Counted from the stretch's first letter, positions 9,422 to 17,831 are shown. The stretch: DNA of 25,283 nucleotides from a virus (IMGVR_UViG_3300030328_003742:1-25283); one strand, 5' to 3'. The notes: generated from the letters alone by a model not told the origin. Numbers and translations are program-made.

Positions 9422-10042
9422 ATGGTAGATATTAATAGGTTTTCCATATTTAAATCAGAAGTTTTTAGTTTTGAGTTGCCAAATTTTAATTTTTGGAAAC
9501 AACAAATTGAACAAATTATTTTAGTTGAAGACAATAAAAATATTCATGGACAAGACACAACTCCTGACGAAAGATGTAATGTTATGGCAAAAAGAACAGC
9601 TTGGAATTCACATATGAGGTATCCAACTTTAGATTTGTTATGTCAAGAGATAGCAAAACCAATAGAAGAATTTGTTGCTAAAGAAGGTTATGATATACCT
9701 GAATTAGAACCTGCTAATTGTTGGGTTAATTGGTATCGAAAAGATAATTTTTCACATCCACACAGTCATGGCTCTCATTTGTCTGCTGTTTTGTTTGTTG
9801 ATGTTGAAAAAACTGATGCAAGATTTTTTTTTCATGCGAACCACAATTTAGTTCTTATTAAAAAACAAGATGTAATTAGTAATTTTAGTAATTTAAAAGA
9901 AGTACAAGCAAAAGATGGAACAGTTATATTTTTTGATGGTTCAGTAAAACACTCCGTTAGCCCAAATAATACAAATAATACAAGAGTTACAATGGCAGTT
10001 AATTATAAAGTAAATTACAAACAGGAAAGAGATGAATATTAA
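9422..10042 (+). CDS. 2OG-Fe(II) oxygenase-fold protein (HxH type, TIGR02466-like)
   Basis: CWVNWY...HPHSH...LSAVLFV...FFDGSVKHSVSPN...RVTMAVN. Confidence 0.85.
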   Translation: MVDINRFSIFKSEVFSFELPNFNFWKQQIEQIILVEDNKNIHGQDTTPDERCNVMAKRTAWNSHMRYPTLDLLCQEIAKPIEEFVAKEGYDIPELEPANCWVNWYRKDNFSHPHSHGSHLSAVLFVDVEKTDARFFFHANHNLVLIKKQDVISNFSNLKEVQAKDGTVIFFDGSVKHSVSPNNTNNTRVTMAVNYKVNYKQERDEY

Positions 10043-10304
10043 TAAAACTCCAATGGTCCGTGTGACGTGGGTCGATGCCCGCGATACAGAAACAGGTTGG
10101 CTTGATATAAAAGACGTATTAAATGCTCACTTAGCTATTTGCCAAGAAGTAGGGTGGATGGTTGTTAACAATGATGAAAAAGTTGTAATTATGAGATCCT
10201 ACAGTAAAGATAAAGATGACATTACAGGAGGTGGCGCTATCGCCATACCAAAAGGATGGATAAAGAAAATAGAATATTTAACAGTGAGTTATAGTGAAAC
10301 CTAA
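10032..10304 (+). CDS. Conserved phage hypothetical protein
   Basis: VRVTWVDA..GW...C..VGW...IPKGWIKKIE pattern, common in small phage proteins. Overlaps both neighbours in operon fashion. Confidence 0.75.
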   Translation: MNINKTPMVRVTWVDARDTETGWLDIKDVLNAHLAICQEVGWMVVNNDEKVVIMRSYSKDKDDITGGGAIAIPKGWIKKIEYLTVSYSET

Positions 10305-11145
10305 TTTATATAATATTTCAGGAGGTGTGGGAAAACATCTTCAATTTACCGCTTTGTTTGAACCTTTAATGAAAAAGTACAAACAAAAGCTAATTATAAA
10401 TTCAGGTTATCCAGAATTATTTTCTCATTGTGCACATGTAGCTGATTCTAAATCTTCTATTAACGAAATATTTTATGATACATATTTCAAATATTTTTCT
10501 AATTTTAACAATCTTTTTTTTCATGACCCTTACAAAAGTGATTGGTTAAAAGGAGAATCAAACATTGTAAAAAAGTGGGCAGATTTATATGATGTGAATA
10601 TTAAAGATTTAAGACCAAACTTTGATATAAATAAAGAAAAAGAAAAAGTTTTATTACCACATATACAAGCTATGAATAAATTTGTGTTATTACAATTTAC
10701 AGGAGGACAGGGTATGGTTTGTGATAGTAGCTATGATAGTTCTAATTATGGTAGAAATTATAAATATGGACAAAAATTAATAGATATTTTAAAAGAAAAT
10801 TTTCCACAACACATGTTTATTATTTTTAGTCATCCTAATGAGCAACAGGAATACACAGGAGAAACAAGATTTAATGACGAAACAGGCAATCTTCTTTTTA
10901 GTACAAGAGAAGATTTTATGATATTATCAAAGTATTGTGATTTTTTTGTGTGTATTGATAGCGCGTTACAACACATGGTTTCAAATCAATCTTTTAATAA
11001 AAAAGGAGTGGTATTGTGGGGGTCAACTTCCTATAAAAGATTTGGATATGATACTAATGTAAATATAACATCTGAATACCCTTACTGTGTGGAAATTGAT
11101 CCACGTTTAATTGTTAATGAGGTGAAAAAATTTAAAAATGAGTAA
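10294..11145 (+). CDS. Glycosyltransferase, GT-B fold, GT9 (heptosyltransferase)-like
   Basis: N-terminal GGVGK loop. C-terminal CDFFVCIDSALQHM...GVVLWG resembles the GT9 DSGxxH / VxLFG signature. GTG start. Confidence 0.7.
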   Translation: MKPNLYNISGGVGKHLQFTALFEPLMKKYKQKLIINSGYPELFSHCAHVADSKSSINEIFYDTYFKYFSNFNNLFFHDPYKSDWLKGESNIVKKWADLYDVNIKDLRPNFDINKEKEKVLLPHIQAMNKFVLLQFTGGQGMVCDSSYDSSNYGRNYKYGQKLIDILKENFPQHMFIIFSHPNEQQEYTGETRFNDETGNLLFSTREDFMILSKYCDFFVCIDSALQHMVSNQSFNKKGVVLWGSTSYKRFGYDTNVNITSEYPYCVEIDPRLIVNEVKKFKNE

Positions 11146-11923
11146 GATATTTATTGGCACTCCTTGTTATGGAGGTATGATTACAGCAGATTATTTTAAA
11201 AGTTGTTTACGTTTAGTAAATGAAGCTCCTAAACAAAATATACAATTACAATTTGGAACTATTGGAAATGAGTCTTTAATAACAAGAGCAAGAAATACTT
11301 TGGTTCAATTATTTATGGATGATCCAGGTAATTACACGCACCTTCTTTTTATAGATGCTGATATTGGATTTAGTGAAAAATCAGTTTTTAGAATGTTAGA
11401 TTTAGATGAAGAAGTAGTAGCAGGAATATATCCACGAAAAGCTATAGATTGGAGAAAAGTAAAAAAAAGAGTTATTGATAATCCTGATATTGATTTAGAT
11501 GAACTTCATGCAGCTTCGTTGGAATATAATCTTAGTGTAAAAAATCCTGAAAGAATTGAAGTTAAAAAAGGTTTTATAGAAGCTATAGACGGTGCTACAG
11601 GGTTTATGTTGATAAAAAGACAAGTATTTGAAAAGATGGCCAAAGCTTATCCTGATTTAAAGTTTAAATCCGATCAACATTTAAATCAACCTCACGATAC
11701 TCAATTCAGTTATCATGACACATCTGATTGGAATTATGCATTTTTTGATACTATGATTGAACCTGAAACTAAAAGATACTTATCAGAAGATTACGCATTT
11801 TGTAGACTGTGGCAGAAAATAGGGGGAAGTGTGTATGCTGATGTTGTTAGTGGGTTAAATCATCACGGAACATATGTTTTTAGAGGTAATGTAGGAACTC
11901 AATTTTTACCGCAAAGTAAATGA
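11138..11923 (+). CDS. Glycosyltransferase, GT-A fold (GT2-like)
   Basis: IFIGTPCYGG, SLITRARN, THLLFIDAD (DxD), GATGFMLIKR, YLSEDYAFC. Confidence 0.82.
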   Translation: MSKIFIGTPCYGGMITADYFKSCLRLVNEAPKQNIQLQFGTIGNESLITRARNTLVQLFMDDPGNYTHLLFIDADIGFSEKSVFRMLDLDEEVVAGIYPRKAIDWRKVKKRVIDNPDIDLDELHAASLEYNLSVKNPERIEVKKGFIEAIDGATGFMLIKRQVFEKMAKAYPDLKFKSDQHLNQPHDTQFSYHDTSDWNYAFFDTMIEPETKRYLSEDYAFCRLWQKIGGSVYADVVSGLNHHGTYVFRGNVGTQFLPQSK

Positions 11924-12429
11924 CAAGTTTTAATATTCACATCATAGATAATTTTTTACCACATGACATTTTTCAAAGTGCGTTAAAATATGCATCAAAA
12001 ATAGAATGGGGTAGTCAAGATTTATATTATGGAGATGAAAACAATAAACACGTTTGGTTTTCAAAAAATATTTTACATGAAAAAGAATTAATGGAAACTA
12101 TTAAAACGAACATAAGAGAGAAAACAAACCTTAAAGTTAAAAACTTTCGTATTTTATATTTTACATTAGCGCCTAAAAAAGAAGCTTATCCTCACATTGA
12201 TGTGCATAAAGATATTGAAAATCAAATGATTTTATATGTAGATGGGGCCCCTGAAATAAACAAAGGAACTGGATTTTATGTGCCTAATAAAGATGGTGTT
12301 GAGTTAAATACACACGTAGGATTTTATAGAAATAGAGCCGTTTTCTTTAAATCAGGTATATGGCACTCTCCTTTGGTCTTTGCTTCAGATAATCTTACTC
12401 CAAGAATATCAATTATTGCACAGTTTTAA
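11920..12429 (+). CDS. 2OG-Fe(II) oxygenase (HxD type, GTGF/NRAxFF subfamily)
   Basis: IIDNFL...YPHID...NKGTGFY...HVGFYRNRAVFF...WHSP...RISI. ATGA overlap with the GT gene. Confidence 0.8.
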   Translation: MTSFNIHIIDNFLPHDIFQSALKYASKIEWGSQDLYYGDENNKHVWFSKNILHEKELMETIKTNIREKTNLKVKNFRILYFTLAPKKEAYPHIDVHKDIENQMILYVDGAPEINKGTGFYVPNKDGVELNTHVGFYRNRAVFFKSGIWHSPLVFASDNLTPRISIIAQF

Positions 12430-12444
12430 TAAATAATTTAGTAT
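12416..12444 (+). promoter_or_regulatory. Putative promoter giving a (near-)leaderless nozzle transcript
   Basis: TTGCAC (12416-12421), 17 nt spacer, TAGTAT (12439-12444). The ATG is at 12453 with no SD. Confidence 0.4.
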
Positions 12445-12452
12445 ATGTCCGC

Positions 12453-14336
12453 ATGCAATTAACTGATTTAAAATTTCAACCTGGTGTAGATAAACAAGAC
12501 TCCCCCTATGCGGCAGGAGATGATCGACGATACACCGATTCAGAATTCGTACGATTTCACTACGGTAAACCAGAAAGATGGAAAGGATGGGAATATCTTC
12601 CAAACCCTAATGAAACCATTATTGGGGTAGTAAGAGATACACATTCGTGGATAAGTCTTAATGGTACACGGTATTTAGCTTTAGGAACAGACAGAAAACT
12701 ATATGTTTATTCGGAAGGTTCTGTACATGATATCACACCTATACGAGAAACAGCTTCTTTAACAAATCCTTTTGAAACTACCAGTGGTGGAGCCGGAGTC
12801 ACGGTAACAGATGCAACCCACGGAGCTATTGTAGGAGATTTTGTTACTTTTACAAATGGTAGTGCTACTAATACAGTAGACGGTTTAGAATTTAATAATG
12901 AATTTGAAATAACAACAGTTATAGATGCCAACAGTTACACAATTACTTTTCCAACAAATGCTACAGGATCAACCGCTGCGGGGGGAGGTTCGGTTACTGC
13001 AAATTATCAAATTAATGTTGGACCCACTACATCTACATACGGGTATGGTTGGGGTGTAGCTACATGGGGGCTTAGTACATGGGGAACACCTCGTGCTACT
13101 TCTAGCGTAACTATTCAAGGAAGAAATTGGTCTTTAGATAATTTTGGTGAAGATTTAGTAGCTACTGTTTTAGATGGTGGAACTTATAAATGGGATACAT
13201 CTTCGGGATTAGCTGTAAGAGCCGTGAGCCTCGGTGCGACAGTACCGGTAGCTTCTCGTTTTAATTTGGTTTCTGCTGATACTAGACATTTATTTTTATG
13301 GGGAACCTGTACAACAGATGTGACAGATAACGCTTTCCAAGATGATTTATTTTTTAGATGGGCTGATCGAGAAAGTTTAACAGTGTTTGCTCCTACTGCG
13401 GAGAATGAAGCTGGTTCACTTAGAATTGCAGACGGATCACGTATTGTGGGAGCTGTAAGATCAACAGGTCAAATACTTGTGTGGACCGATACTTCTCTAC
13501 ATGGTGTCCAATTTATTGGTACACCTTATACTTTTGGTCAAAGACAACTAGGAGCTAATTGTGGTTTAATAGCACAACACGCTGCTGTTGATGTAAATGG
13601 AAGAGCTTACTGGATGGGCGATGATGCTTTTTATATGTATGATGGTGTTGTCAAAAAAATGCCATGTTCTGTAGAAGATTATGTTTATGATGATTTAAGT
13701 TTTACTAATAAAAATGATATAGCATGCGGAGTTAATCCTGAATTTAATGAAATTATGTGGTATTACCCAAGTTCAAGTGCAACTCAAATAGATAGAGTAG
13801 TGGTTTATAATTACTTAGAAAATACTTGGTATACAACTACTTTAGGTAGAACCACTTATCTTGCTAATTATACATATGAAAATACAATTGCTACCGAATA
13901 CAATGCAAGTTTAACAGCAAATGCTACAACAAGCACAGGAGTATCTGATACCCCAATTGGAGTAACCGCAGGAGCTTCCTACGTATACAGTCATGAAGTA
14001 GGAAATAATAAAGCGGACGGCACAGCTATTTCAGCTTCTTTAACTTCAGGAGCTATTGAGATTGCCGATGGTGATAACTTTATGTCAGTTAGTAAATTTG
14101 TCCCAGATTTTACTAATTTATCTAAAGAATTAACAGTTACTATGACCTTGGAGGATTATCCTCAATCCACTACATCTCAGACTACTACAGGTAATGTGAG
14201 TAGCACAACTCAGAAAATTAATGTAAGAGGAAGAGGAAGATCAGTTAAATTAAATTTTGCAACAGATGTTGTAGATGAAACAAATTGGAGACTAGGTTCA
14301 ATGAAATTACAACTTAGACCAGACGGAAGAAGATAA
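12453..14336 (+). CDS. Tail nozzle / packaged-DNA stabilisation protein (P22 gp10-like beta-propeller), putative
   Basis: 627 aa, beta-rich, with propeller-blade-like repeats (YLALGTDRKLYVY, WSLDNFGEDL, ILVWTDTSL, AYWMGDDAFYMYDG, NEIMWYYP), a Thr-rich inserted domain and a WRLG...RPDGRR terminus characteristic of this marine phage virion protein. Confidence 0.78.
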   Translation: MQLTDLKFQPGVDKQDSPYAAGDDRRYTDSEFVRFHYGKPERWKGWEYLPNPNETIIGVVRDTHSWISLNGTRYLALGTDRKLYVYSEGSVHDITPIRETASLTNPFETTSGGAGVTVTDATHGAIVGDFVTFTNGSATNTVDGLEFNNEFEITTVIDANSYTITFPTNATGSTAAGGGSVTANYQINVGPTTSTYGYGWGVATWGLSTWGTPRATSSVTIQGRNWSLDNFGEDLVATVLDGGTYKWDTSSGLAVRAVSLGATVPVASRFNLVSADTRHLFLWGTCTTDVTDNAFQDDLFFRWADRESLTVFAPTAENEAGSLRIADGSRIVGAVRSTGQILVWTDTSLHGVQFIGTPYTFGQRQLGANCGLIAQHAAVDVNGRAYWMGDDAFYMYDGVVKKMPCSVEDYVYDDLSFTNKNDIACGVNPEFNEIMWYYPSSSATQIDRVVVYNYLENTWYTTTLGRTTYLANYTYENTIATEYNASLTANATTSTGVSDTPIGVTAGASYVYSHEVGNNKADGTAISASLTSGAIEIADGDNFMSVSKFVPDFTNLSKELTVTMTLEDYPQSTTSQTTTGNVSSTTQKINVRGRGRSVKLNFATDVVDETNWRLGSMKLQLRPDGRR

Positions 14337-14503
14337 TGGCTAAAATAACAATTACACGATTACCAAACGCCACACCAGAATATCAACCGTCTCAGATCGA
14401 TCAAATAATGAGATTATTAGAACAATTAATTTTATCTTTAAATACTTCTTATGCTCAAGATATAAAAGATGAGTCTGCAGGAAGGAGTTGGTTCGTTGGC
14501 TGA
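14336..14503 (+). CDS. Small conserved virion-module protein (55 aa; absent from the ORF track)
   Basis: TAATG coupling at 14334-14338. MAKITITRLPNATPEYQPSQIDQIMRLLEQLILSLNTSYAQDIKDESAGRSWFVG*, an amphipathic helix that fills the gap after the nozzle gene. Confidence 0.82.
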   Translation: MAKITITRLPNATPEYQPSQIDQIMRLLEQLILSLNTSYAQDIKDESAGRSWFVG

Positions 14504-14870
14504 TAATTTTGTAAACTCTGGGTATGATGTTGTTAATACCAATTTAAATGCTATTTATACGGTGCCTACATCTTCTGTAGGTATAGTAGGTACTCCCCCT
14601 ACTTTTCCCACTACTGCCCTTGTTAAGTCAATTGTTGTAGCTAGTGATTCAGCAAATGCTACTTTAGTGGATTTAAAATGGACAGATACCAGTGCTTCTT
14701 CTACTTTTGTTCTTTATAATCAAAAAAGTGTTACAGCGAATAATACAGTAGAATTACTAGAACAACCTTTAGTTTTAGAAGAAAGTGATATATTATACCT
14801 ACAAGCAAATGCTGCTAATCAAGTTCATGTTACAGTATCTGTTTTAGAAATTACAAAAGGAGATCTCTAA
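14496..14870 (+). CDS. Small beta-sandwich virion-module protein (TTG start preferred over ATG 14469)
   Basis: SD GGAAGGAG (14480-14487) lies 8 nt before TTG 14496. IYTVP...TALVKSIVV...PLVLEESDIL...VHVTVSVLEI pattern. Confidence 0.78.
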   Translation: MADNFVNSGYDVVNTNLNAIYTVPTSSVGIVGTPPTFPTTALVKSIVVASDSANATLVDLKWTDTSASSTFVLYNQKSVTANNTVELLEQPLVLEESDILYLQANAANQVHVTVSVLEITKGDL

Positions 14871-15463
14871 TCGATCTACATTCTTTATTTATTACCCCCG
14901 TCTTTTCTATAAATTTGGCAGGGTATGAAGATCTTGTAAAAGAGATTAAATCTTTACAACAAAAAGAACCTAAAACTATTGAGGGAAAAAGCACAAAAGG
15001 AGGATGGCATAGTCATGATTATCTTCATGAAAATGAAAAATTTAGTACATTAAAATCAGAAATTGTTAATTTGTCGCAAGAAGCAATTAATCATTTATCA
15101 GTTGAAGATTATATGATTCCATCGATGACAGGAATGTGGGCCGTGGTCAATGGTCCAGGAAGCAGTAATCGTCTTCATAATCACCCTTATAATTACCTCT
15201 CAGGCGTCTTTTATTTACAAGTACCTCCTCAGAGTGGTCCTCTTGTTTTTCATGATCCTAGACCTCAATCTGAGATATTATCACCCCCAAAAAAGAGTGA
15301 TGAAAGTATACATACAAGTAGCCGTGTTTCATGGTCCCCTAAACAAAATGATTTACTTTTTTTCCCTTCATGGTTAAATCATGAAGTAGAAGAAAATAAT
15401 TCCAATGAAGAGAGAATTATATTAAGTTTTAATTTAGAATTAAAAAGGAGAATGAATGCCTAA
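14870..15463 (+). CDS. TIGR02466-like 2OG-Fe(II) oxygenase-fold protein (HxH type); probable ATC start
   Basis: STKGGWHS, WAVVN, LHNHP..YLSGVFY, FHDPR, FFPSWLNHEV, RIILSFN. The in-frame extension upstream of TTG 14915 gives (M)DLHSLFITPVF, matching the family's LFxTP N-terminus. Confidence 0.85.
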   Translation: MDLHSLFITPVFSINLAGYEDLVKEIKSLQQKEPKTIEGKSTKGGWHSHDYLHENEKFSTLKSEIVNLSQEAINHLSVEDYMIPSMTGMWAVVNGPGSSNRLHNHPYNYLSGVFYLQVPPQSGPLVFHDPRPQSEILSPPKKSDESIHTSSRVSWSPKQNDLLFFPSWLNHEVEENNSNEERIILSFNLELKRRMNA

Positions 15464-15713
15464 AATTGTAGAAGAAGCAGAACAAATAGGAACTATTACT
15501 CTTGAGAATGGGAAAAAAATTCCACATATAAAATGTGGATCAGAGACAGTAATAACTAATACATTGACAGGTCATGAATATTCTTCTGAAGAAGAAGTAA
15601 AAAATGATATTGATAATCCTAATACAGAAACTAAGGAAGATCATATTAGACGAGATGTAAAAGTATTTGCTCCTTCTTTAGCGGATATGTTGGGCGAAAC
15701 ACCTGAAGAATAA
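15456..15713 (+). CDS. Conserved hypothetical protein of the virion module
   Basis: SD AAGGAG; ITNTLTGHEYSSEEE...IRRDVKV pattern; overlaps both neighbours. Confidence 0.78.
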   Translation: MPKIVEEAEQIGTITLENGKKIPHIKCGSETVITNTLTGHEYSSEEEVKNDIDNPNTETKEDHIRRDVKVFAPSLADMLGETPEE

Positions 15714-16488
15714 AAAAATTATATACGATATTGGTGCAAATAATGGGGATGATATTCCTTATTATTTATCTAGATCAGATTTAATTGTTGCTGTTGAAGC
15801 AGACCCTGATCTTTGTAATTCAATAAAACAAAAATTTAAAGAAGAAATTAAAAAGGGTAAATTAATTGTTGAAAATTGTGTTGTCATTACAGACAATAAA
15901 ACTAGCAAAGTTCCTTTTTATATTTCAAAAGAAAAGTCTGTTTGGAATCAATATCCTAAACCTTTTTTAAATGACGAAGAGATTACCTCTACAGATAAAA
16001 ACAATTATTTTGATGAGTTTTATAGACCACTTATAGATAACTTTAAAAAAATCTATTTACCATCAAAGGATGTTTTAGAAATTATTGAAACTTATGGTTA
16101 TCCTTTTTATATAAAAATTGATGTTGAACGTTATGATCATGAGATTTTAAAAAGATTATTAATAAACAATATTGTTCCTCCTTATATTTCAGCAGAATCA
16201 AATAACGTAGAAGTTTTTTCTTCATTAATAATTCATGGAAGATATAATGCTTTTAAGTTAGTTGATGGTGCAACTGTATCAGAAAAATACAAACATTTTT
16301 TATTTCCACATCATTCAGCAGGTCCTTTTGGTAATGATATTAATGGCCCTTGGATGACTGCACATAATTTTTTTCATACTTTAGGCATAATAGGTTTAGG
16401 ATGGAAAGATATTCATGCAAGTAGTGTTGACACAGCAGACCCATGTTATAAACCAATACCTAATATTGAAATAAAAATGGATTTATAA
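15703..16488 (+). CDS. FkbM-family SAM methyltransferase (absent from the ORF track; probable CTG start)
   Basis: Stop-free frame from 15682 to TAA 16486-16488: KNKKIIYDIGANNGDD...VAVEADP...YIKIDVERYDHEILK...HSAGPFG. Motif I (DIGAN), EAxP and KIDVE are FkbM hallmarks. The stop is TAATG-coupled to 16488. Confidence 0.85.
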   Translation: MKNKKIIYDIGANNGDDIPYYLSRSDLIVAVEADPDLCNSIKQKFKEEIKKGKLIVENCVVITDNKTSKVPFYISKEKSVWNQYPKPFLNDEEITSTDKNNYFDEFYRPLIDNFKKIYLPSKDVLEIIETYGYPFYIKIDVERYDHEILKRLLINNIVPPYISAESNNVEVFSSLIIHGRYNAFKLVDGATVSEKYKHFLFPHHSAGPFGNDINGPWMTAHNFFHTLGIIGLGWKDIHASSVDTADPCYKPIPNIEIKMDL

Positions 16489-16982
16489 TGTCAAAAGTTT
16501 TTGTAAAAGATAATTTTTTTCCTGCTGATTTTTATCAGAAATTAGTACAAGAAATGATTTCATTAGAATATGCACCACCAAGAGAAGAAAAAAGAAAACA
16601 ATTAGAGGGTTGTTATTGGCATAGTTTTAATGTTCCTTACAACGCTCCTGTTCAAAATAAAATAAAAGATCTTATAAAAGAAAATTTTAACTTTGAAATA
16701 TCAGATTTTTTAGAAACTACATATACAATGGTGGGAGCAGCTGACAAACCTCGCCCTCATACAGATTGGCAAAGTGGCTGTACACATCAATGTTTAATTT
16801 ATATGTACGGAGAAGAGTCCGTTAATAACGGCACAGGTTTTTACAGAGATACTCAATTAAGCATGCACGTAGGTTTTGTGCAAAATAGAGCAATATTTTT
16901 TTCATCTGATGTTTTTCATGCTCCTTTACAATGGGCTGGAAATGGTTCTTTTAGATATTCTATAGGTAATTTTTTTACCTAA
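16488..16982 (+). CDS. 2OG-Fe(II) oxygenase (HxD type, GTGF/NRAxFF subfamily)
   Basis: VKDNFF...RPHTD...NNGTGFY...HVGFVQNRAIFF...FHAP...RYSI. Confidence 0.8.
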   Translation: MSKVFVKDNFFPADFYQKLVQEMISLEYAPPREEKRKQLEGCYWHSFNVPYNAPVQNKIKDLIKENFNFEISDFLETTYTMVGAADKPRPHTDWQSGCTHQCLIYMYGEESVNNGTGFYRDTQLSMHVGFVQNRAIFFSSDVFHAPLQWAGNGSFRYSIGNFFT

Positions 16983-17194
16983 GCACTACAAGCTTCACAT
17001 TCCATTTCCGAAGAATTACCATTCAACATAACCTGTTCATCAGAAGTATTATGACAACCACACCCTTTTAAATGTTCAGATAATACTTTCTCTAATTTTT
17101 CCTTTTCTCTTTCTACTACTAATAAACGTTCGTGGTAGCGACTCACCTTATCAGCAAGGGTAGCTATAGCCTTTAATACTTCTTGATTTTCCAT
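16979..17194 (-). CDS. Small coiled-coil protein with CxCH and C-terminal CxxC (metal-binding/redox?)
   Basis: SD CAGGAG, its own putative promoter, a helical N-terminus, HLKGCGCH and ECEACSA*. Confidence 0.78.
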   Translation of the reverse strand: MENQEVLKAIATLADKVSRYHERLLVVEREKEKLEKVLSEHLKGCGCHNTSDEQVMLNGNSSEMECEACSA

Positions 17195-17229
17195 AATTTC
17201 TCCTGATTTACAATTTTTGGGTGAGATCT

Positions 17230-17258
17230 AATTTAAACATGTGCGCAGAATATATCAA
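17230..17258 (-). promoter_or_regulatory. Putative sigma70-type promoter for the 71-aa gene
   Basis: Minus strand TTGATA (17258-17253), 17 nt spacer, TAAATT (17235-17230). Confidence 0.45.
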
Positions 17259-17300
17259 GCAATCTTTTTATAATTGTTTTCTTGACACACAATTCATGTT

Positions 17301-17831
17301 ATGAAAGGGGCAGAAAAAAGAATGAATATACAAACTCATGTTCTAGCAATTGTTCAGGTATTTGAAGATTATATAGATCTAAATTCCAATGCTTTAATGA
17401 AAGAGGTGAATAAAAGTCATATTAGAAAAAATGACGATAATGATAATACTTTTTTTGAAGATTTTAAATATCCTGATACTCCTATGTTAAAAGAACTTAA
17501 AACAATAATACATTCAAAAGTAGAAAAAATAATAAATATAGAATTAAAACTTCAGGATATATGGATTCATAAAACACCATCTAGGGCACAAACAAATTTT
17601 CATAATCATTATGGCGCTTTGTGTTCTTTTGTTTATTACCCTAAATTTATAGAGAAACAAGGTAGTTTAAAATTTGTTTTATTTTGGAATGGTAAAATAA
17701 TTGAAAAAACAATTACACCTAAAGAAAAAATGTTATTAGTTTTTCCTAGTGAAGTTTTTCATTATACTACTCAAAATAACACTGATATTGAAAGAGTGTC
17801 AATATCAGGTAACTTTTACGCAAAAGAATGA
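17301..17831 (+). CDS. 2OG-Fe(II) oxygenase-fold protein (HxH type); start may be ATG 17322
   Basis: IWIH...FHNH...SFVYY...GSLKF...VFPSEVFHYT...RVSISGN. Confidence 0.82.
   Translation: MKGAEKRMNIQTHVLAIVQVFEDYIDLNSNALMKEVNKSHIRKNDDNDNTFFEDFKYPDTPMLKELKTIIHSKVEKIINIELKLQDIWIHKTPSRAQTNFHNHYGALCSFVYYPKFIEKQGSLKFVLFWNGKIIEKTITPKEKMLLVFPSEVFHYTTQNNTDIERVSISGNFYAKE

Noticed and set aside
17282-17310. Perfect TTGACA upstream of 17301, and TATAAT at 17269-17274
   Set aside because: Neither has a partner hexamer at 16-18 nt spacing. A promoter is likely in this spacer but cannot be placed.
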